Origin: Camelus ferus
Taxonomy: Eukaryota
Assembly: GCF_009834535.1 (NCBI RefSeq)
Contig: NC_045696.1
Location: forward strand, 105,898,001-105,962,000
Length of the DNA stretch: 64,000 nucleotides
Direction: 5' to 3'
Shown here: one piece after another, positions 57,317 through 64,000 of the stretch
How positions within the stretch are numbered: the stretch's first letter is position 1
Layout of the letters: every line of letters starts with the position of its first letter
Translations under genes and position numbers: made by a program
The notes under the pieces: model-generated
The model's input: only the letters and a program-made list of their open reading frames with translations
Told to the model about the DNA's origin: nothing
The model's database searches: none

Positions 57317-57519
57317 GTAAGTATCAAGATTTTAAAAATGGTCCTTCCTTGTTAAAAAGTTTGCTCATGATTAGTTATCTTCATCTTATTTATGGTAATG
57401 AACTTACAGAAGACCATACTCATGCAAGAACAGTCTGAGTATGTGAGTATGTACATACTAATGTTTTGTTCAGTGGCAGCTGTTTGTATTTGATTTGTGT
57501 TCAATGGTAAGCCACTTTC

Positions 57520-58023
57520 TGATACAAACACAGGTTCAGCAGCTAGTCTATAACAGATTAACAATACCATCTCTGTTAATATTATTCAGTTGAATGAGGA
57601 AGCTGTAATTTTCTTTATTTCCTTGATGCAGCAGAGCAGATACAGTCAAGCAATGTTTTTGCATTGCTAGGTACCCAGGTTTTTCCATCTTGGTGCTCTG
57701 CCTTTTTAACATGCAGTTTCTGTCTCTGAAAACATGGGCTTCATCTTCCTACATTACTGCCTTCTGGCTCACAGGAACAGGAAAGCAAGACTAGAGGCCA
57801 CACCTGTTCTTCCTGAGGATGTCATTAGTATGTACTTTATTTCTCTGCTCACATCTCATTAGCCATACCTTAGTCACACGGCCATACTTAACTACAAGTG
57901 TGGCTGGGAAGTGTAGTCTTTAGCTGGGCAGTCATGTACTTGGCTAGGAGTAAGAGATTGTTAAGATTGTAATAAAGAAGAGGAGAATGCATATTGAGAG
58001 ACAAATAGCAGTCTCTGCCACAC
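57520..58023. mobile_element. MaLR LTR (MLT1-like)
   Basis: ttctctgctcacatctcatt.gcca...ggctgggaagtgtagtcttt...gtctctgccaca. Confidence 0.65.
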
Positions 58024-58427
58024 ATGCTTTTCCCATTGTTTCTGCACAAAGACTACAAAATAGATTATTTTTAGTTTACAATATATATAATATTTATACC
58101 ATTTTATTTTTAATTTAATTTTTGACTTTCAGTGTAAGACTCTGCTGAGTACCAATCTGATATTCTCTTTTCAAGTCATCAGTGTATAATTTTCAGGTGT
58201 CTTCAGTAAAGCTGTTTTGTACAGAATGGTAATTATATAGAAGCCAGAAGGCAAATGGAAATAATGTATATGCTTTTGTTATTTGCACAGAATGAAAGCA
58301 CTATTTAATGTTGGTTAGTTGGAGAAACATCTGGCCCAGGCTGTCTTCTGTTTTACTGTTAGAGTTCTCAAAAATTTCCATAGCCCTGCAGTGCAAGTTA
58401 TTTGCCACCACAAATACTTCAAGAGTA

Positions 58428-58648
58428 CAGTTGACCCTTTGAACAACACAGGTTTGAACAGCATGAGTCCTCTTACATGCAGATTCTTTTTACTGAATGT
58501 ATACCACAGTACTACATGACCTGCAGGTTGATTGAATCCGTGGATGCGGAAACTTGAATACAGAGAATCAACTGTAAAATTATACGTGGATTTTCCAACG
58601 TGCAGGGACTCTGCATCCCTAATCCTTACATTATTCAAGGGTCATCTG
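58428..58648. mobile_element. TcMar-Tigger MITE (Tigger2a-like)
   Basis: TIRs cagttgaccctttgaa and ttcaagggtcatctg, with TA duplication on both sides. Confidence 0.85.
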
Positions 58649-58659
58649 TAGTTCTCTCT

Positions 58660-59192
58660 TTTTTTTTGTAAATTTTTTTTTAATTGAAGTATAGTCAGTT
58701 TACAATGTGCCAATTTCTAGTGTACAACATAATGTTTTAGTCATACATATACACACATATATTCATTTTCATATTCTTGTTTATTATAGATTACTATAAG
58801 ATACTGAATATAGTTCCCTGTGCTATACAGTAGAAACTTGTTTATCTATTTTATATATAGTAGTTAGTATCTGCTAATCTTGAACTCCCGATTTATCACT
58901 TCCTACCCCCTTTCCCCCAGTAACTATAAGTTTGTTTTCTATGTCTGTTTCTGTTTTGTAAATAAGTTCATTTGTGTTTTTTGTTTTGTTTTGTTTTGTA
59001 TTTTTAGATTCCACATATAAGTTATATCATACAGTATTTTTCTTTCTCTTTTTGGCTTTCTCCAGGTCCATCCATGATGCTGCATATGGCATTATTTTAT
59101 TCTTTTTTGTAGCTGAGTAGTATTCCTGGGTGTGTGTGTATGTATCACAGCTTATTTATCCAGTCATCTGTCTATGGACGTTTAAGTTGTTT
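58660..59192 (-). mobile_element. L1 3' end, same family as 1461-1668 and a stub at about 45385-45447
   Basis: T tract, aattgaagtatagtcagtt, tatagttccctgtgctatacagt, ttagattccacatat. Confidence 0.88.
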
Positions 59193-59970
59193 TAGTTTTC
59201 TTTAATGAAACAAAATAAGTTTACTACAAGTATACACTTAGCTCATCAGGGAATTACTGAAACATATAATTACAGTTTAAGTTTAAGAGATAATAGGTAA
59301 ATAGGGCTGTCTTCATTCTAATGCCTGTTTTTAGTTACCCTTTATAGTCTCAATATTCCTTCTTGAACATCAGAAGCATAAATTAATTTTTATTATTTGT
59401 GCTACAATCTACTACCTTACTTAAATAAGAGAGTTCCCTCTTTACTGAGGATGCAGTATTCTTGCCCAGGTTTGATGACTTTTTTTTTTAATTGGGCACA
59501 TACCATAATTAATAAATTGTGTGAAACCAAAAATGAAAGTTTTAAAAATAACCTCCATTTAACTTTCTCCCTAGAGATAATTGTATAAACAGTTTGGCTT
59601 GTAGCTACCAATCCTAATGCTGTGTATGCATTTACATCCCTTTGTATGTAAATATCTTTTTTTTTTTAAATATGTGAGACCCTTATATATTAAGTTTCTC
59701 ATATTTTTATGTAATGCATTTTATGGATCTTGGCATGTCTGTATGAAGTGGTCCATTCTTTTTAAAGCCTTGTTAACATTTCATGTCATTAATTATTGGT
59801 AGCCATTAATTATTAAATATATGTACCCCTGCTGATGGATTTTTTGCTTATTTCCAATTATTCTCCACTAAAGCTGTGCTGCAATGAATATTTTGTACAT
59901 CTTTATACATGTATGTATTATATAGGATGGATTCCTTAAAATTATAGGTGAAAGGTATGTCCCTTTTAAC

Positions 59971-61189
59971 TTTTAAAAAGATAATCTTCTCTGACACTTT
60001 ATGGTCTTTTGAATGAGAGAAATGAAGAGAACTGTGTTCTCATTCCACTGTTTTAATCCACTATTCATGTATATGCCAAGGTCAGGTTATAGTTCTTAAT
60101 AAGATTATGGTAAGGACATACCCTTAAGAGATATGTCTCTCTTTGTAACTCTCACAATAGCTGGGACAACAGTTGGCCATAAGGAAGTTGGTCTCACTGG
60201 ACTTTCTCTGGCTGATTGAGAATCATCACCAGGAAATCAGAATTCTGCCAAATTATATACCCTAAAAGACTTAAAATTTACAACTCTGCCGACACTGTGG
60301 AAGAGTTTCTATCGTTTTGCATTTCTGCCAACCCTTTTAATATGTTGATCTAGTGAACATAAAAATGGTGTCACATTATTTTAACTTGTATTCCCTTATT
60401 ACTAGTCAGTTGAGAATTTGTTTCTTTTTAAAATTTTGTTTATCTTTTAAAAGATTTTTGTTTATTCCTTTTTCATGTCTTTAATGTCACCTTAGTTCTC
60501 TCTGAGGGATTAAATAGTCTTGTTTTTAAAGTAGTCTTCTTTAGGTGTCTGTCTTTCTTCATGTGAGTCTTTCTCAATATTTGGTGATTCTTAGTTTAGC
60601 TCTTTTTATACTTGTGGCTCCCTGGTGGTTTGTCTCTTCACTGTAACTAGGGTAGATGGTGCTGACAATGGGGTCTTCTGTATGTGAAGATTTCCATGCC
60701 TTCTGAGATTGGGTGGCTCCCTAAGGCTCAGTCCCCATGCTTCTTACCTCAGTCTGGGGCTGATCCCATTGCTGTTTCAGCTCAGCACAAACATAGGAAG
60801 GGATATGCCTGACCAAAGCAGCTGCTCCACCTGCAGATCCTTTGATAATCTCCCTGATGATACCCCCGGCCACCTCTGTTCCTTGTACCCTTTGATTCTG
60901 AACTGGAAAGCCCCCTGGAACTGTGTTTCTCACTACTGTTTGGGTCTTAGCAGATCTGATCCCTGATCCTGTATGCTTTCTATCATTAAAGGATTCCTAT
61001 GTTAGGCACTTTCTCTTGTATCCCAGAACTGTTACTGATTACCATTTTTAAAAAGATACATCTTTTCTGACACCTATAGTCTTTAGAATGAGAGAAATGG
61101 GGAAAACTGTGTTCTCATTCCTGTGTTTTAATCCACTATTCATGTGTATGCCAAGGGCAGGTTACGGTCATTAATAAGATTGTGGTAAG
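59971..61189 (+). repeat. Dispersed direct repeat, about 144 bp in two copies (59971-60113 and 61046-61189)
   Basis: Hand alignment gives about 18 differences (about 87% identity); shared blocks include gaatgagagaaatg, aactgtgttctcattcc and tgttttaatccactattcatgt. Confidence 0.93.
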
Positions 61190-61339
61190 CTGACTTGTTG
61201 AATTGTGTGTGTATACATTTATAGGTTTGTATATATATTTTTGACGTGTATGTGTATAATATATACACATGTACAATTCATTTGGTGAATTTACCAACGC
61301 CTTCTTAAGGACTTAAACCTATTCTTGGAATTAAAAAAA

Positions 61340-62035
61340 ATTTGTTGTTAATTGTCATAAAATACACCCCAAATTTACCATCTTAATCATTTTCGTGTAT
61401 AGTTCACAAGTGCTAAGTATATTCACAATATATTCAAAACTTTGTTGTGCAACCAATCTCCAGAACTTTCTCATCTTGCAAAACTGAAACTCTATATCCA
61501 TAAAATAACTCAACATTTCCCTTTCCCCTCAGACTTTGACATCCATTGTTCTTTCTGTTTCTTTGAAATTGATCATTCTAGATACCTCATATAAATGGAA
61601 TCACACAGTATTTTATCTTTTTGTGACTAATTTCACTTAGCATAATGTCTTTAAGGTTCATCCATGTGAATGTGTCAAATTTTCCTTCTTTTTAAGGCTG
61701 ATTAATATTCCATTGTGTGTGTGCCACACTATTTTTCTCCATTCATTCATCAGTGGATCTTTGGATTGCTTCCACATTTTAACTGCTGTGACTAATGCTT
61801 CTGTGAATGTGGGTGTACAAATATCTTTCTGAGATGCTGCTTTCATTTCTTTGGGGTATATATTGCTGGATCATATGGTAATTCTGTTTTTCATTTTTTG
61901 AAGAACTGTGATTGTTTTCCACAATGGCTGTACCATTTCACATTCCCACCACTGAAAAAGGATTCCAGTTTTTCCAGATCCTTCCCAACCTTCTGTTCTT
62001 TTGATAGCATTCAACCTAATAGGTGTTGGCATTTT
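61340..62035 (-). mobile_element. Old L1 (L1MB-like) 3' region
   Basis: aaatttaccatctta...gcaaaactgaaactct...cattcccacc motifs. Confidence 0.8.
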
Positions 62036-62129
62036 TTAAAAATAGGTGATTGCCAAGGATCGTGGGTCTACAGGATAGAAGAAATGTGATCTTGGTGAAT
62101 TATAATTGGCGGCTTTTGATCTGGTCATC

Positions 62130-62314
62130 CAGTGGTTCTCAACCTGAGGCCTTCCATGGGGCATTTGGCGTTGTCTAAAGATTTTCTTGGTTGTCACAAC
62201 TCAGGGAATGTTGCTCCTGACATGTAGTGAATAGAGTTCAGGGGCTGCTAAACTATCTGCATTGCACAGGACCATCCTTCTACAACAGAATAGTAAGAGG
62301 GTTGAGAAACCGTG
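62130..62314. mobile_element. hAT-Charlie MITE (MER20-like)
   Basis: cagtggttctcaacc...catttggc..tgtct...ttggttgtcacaact...gttgagaaacc. Confidence 0.8.
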
Positions 62315-62519
62315 CTCTAATCTAAAACATCTATGTTATAAAGTTTGTCTTCTTTTCTTATAGCAGAAACTCAGGCACAAAATCTTAATGACTGACTTTT
62401 GAGAATGCAGATAATGACTCGGCTTTTAGTTCAGAGGTTCTGGGGATTTACCTAGAATGTTTTTTTAGTAGAATGATTTAGAGTCTTTACAGCCTTCAAT
62501 TTTAGGGAAGGAAAGAGCA

Positions 62520-63960
62520 AACTTTTTAAAAAACATTTCAAACTTACTGAAAACCTGGGAGAAGACTGCAAAGAATTCCTATATAGGTTTCATTTGGTTT
62601 CCCTAACTGCTAACATTTTACCACATTCGTCTTATTGTCCTGTGTGTGTATACATTCTTTTCTGAATCATTTGAGATTAAGTTGCATACATCATGCTGTT
62701 TTATCCTTTAATTCTTCAGTGTATATTTCCTAAAAGCAAAGACTTTCTCATATTTAACCAGATCAATTTATAAAAGTCAGGAAAATAATATTAATATAGT
62801 TCTGTTGTCTAATCCACATACTCCATTCAGATTTAGTCAGTTATCTCAGTGATGTCCTTTATAAGTCCAGGTTCCAATCCAGGATGACTTGTTGTAAGTT
62901 GTTGTCTTGTATTTTTATTTTCCTTCATTCTAAAGTAGTTCCTCAGTCTCTGACATTTTTTAAGAATATAGGCCAGTTACTTTGTAAAACGTCACTCAGT
63001 TTAGATTTGCCTAATGTTTCATCATGATCAGAGTCCAGCTGTGCATTTTTAGCATGAATATATTGAAATATGTTCTTACTACATTTTACTCAAAGGCAAA
63101 CAGTGTCAGTTTGTCCCATTAATGTTGATGTTAATTGTTGGTTAGGGTAGTATCTACTAGGTTTTGTAGTAAAGTTAATAATAAGTAAGTATTTTGTGGG
63201 CATATTTTGAGACTAAGTAAACACCCTGTTTCTCATCAAACTCTTCACCCACTTTTTAAAATATTTATTAGCACATCTTGCTTGAATCAGTATTACTACA
63301 GTGGTTTGCCAAGTGCTGATTTTCAGATTTATTTTCCTTTTGGATTTATTAGTTGGCTTATACTATAGAGGCTTTTCTTATCCCCCATTTATTTACTTCT
63401 AAAAAACTTCTAGTAGTGTGGATTTGTGATTTCTGTTTTATTTAATGTCTTATAATTAGTCATCACTGTCATTAAATTTGATGTTCAGATTTGACCCAGA
63501 TTTGGCCAATGGCAACCCATTTAGGTGTTCTCCTGTGTCTTTTTGACATCTCTCTATCATTATTTGAGCATTTCCTTCTCTCTGGTACAACACAGTGTTC
63601 CAGATTCCTCTGGTCTTTTCTCTACCCCAGTTTTGGATTCTGTCATTTCTCCAGGGAGTCCTGTTTTCCTTTTATTTATCAAAAATATTTAGAATCCAAG
63701 TTCTGGGCACTAGGAATGCTCATTGGTCCTGGCATGCAATTGCATCTAGGCGTTCTCATGAAACAAACTAAATAGTGTATTATATATGTGTTGACAGTAT
63801 AATATTTGGGCATATACAAGCACAAAGATATATTTCTTTATCTTTCTGTTAAAAACCATGCGTTCTTAATCAGAGGCTCTAATTTAGATTCACCACCACA
63901 GGATATTTTTTTCTATCTTTTGCCTTAGTATATTTTAAATTACTTTTTCTAACAGTGAGA
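62520..63960 (-). mobile_element. Ancient L1MC-like 3' region
   Basis: ctgaatcatttgagattaagttgca and cccagatttggccaatgg motifs; boundaries approximate. Confidence 0.6.
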
Positions 63961-64000
63961 AATCTGAATTCCTATTAACCTTAATATATTTGCTTATTTG

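Overview
This is AT-rich mammalian genomic DNA, most likely camelid (alpaca, llama or camel), inferred from five copies of a Vic-1-like tRNA-derived SINE. The window holds the 5' half of PIK3CB (PI3K p110beta) on the + strand. Ten GT-AG coding exons (23506-57316) join in frame into 1581 nt, or 527 codons, covering the adaptor-binding, Ras/Rho-binding and C2 domains and the start of the C2-helical linker. The promoter and the helical/kinase exons lie outside the window. The presumed 5'-UTR intron carries an antisense, intronless NDUFA12 retrocopy with an intact 145-aa ORF, an 11-bp TSD and a poly(A) remnant. The rest is ordinary intronic repeat content: L1, SINE, MLT LTRs, Tigger and Charlie DNA transposons, MIR/L2 and microsatellites. 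I found no credible new multi-gene system. The items most worth a second look are the retrocopy, an out-of-frame uORF overlapping all three candidate PIK3CB starts, a perfect 26-bp-arm palindrome, a dispersed ~144-bp local duplication, a (GT)n/(CG)7/(CA)n Z-DNA/hairpin tract, and an apparent Leu-to-Ser change beside K230 of the RBD. Repeat family names and cross-species comparisons come from memory, not from searches.
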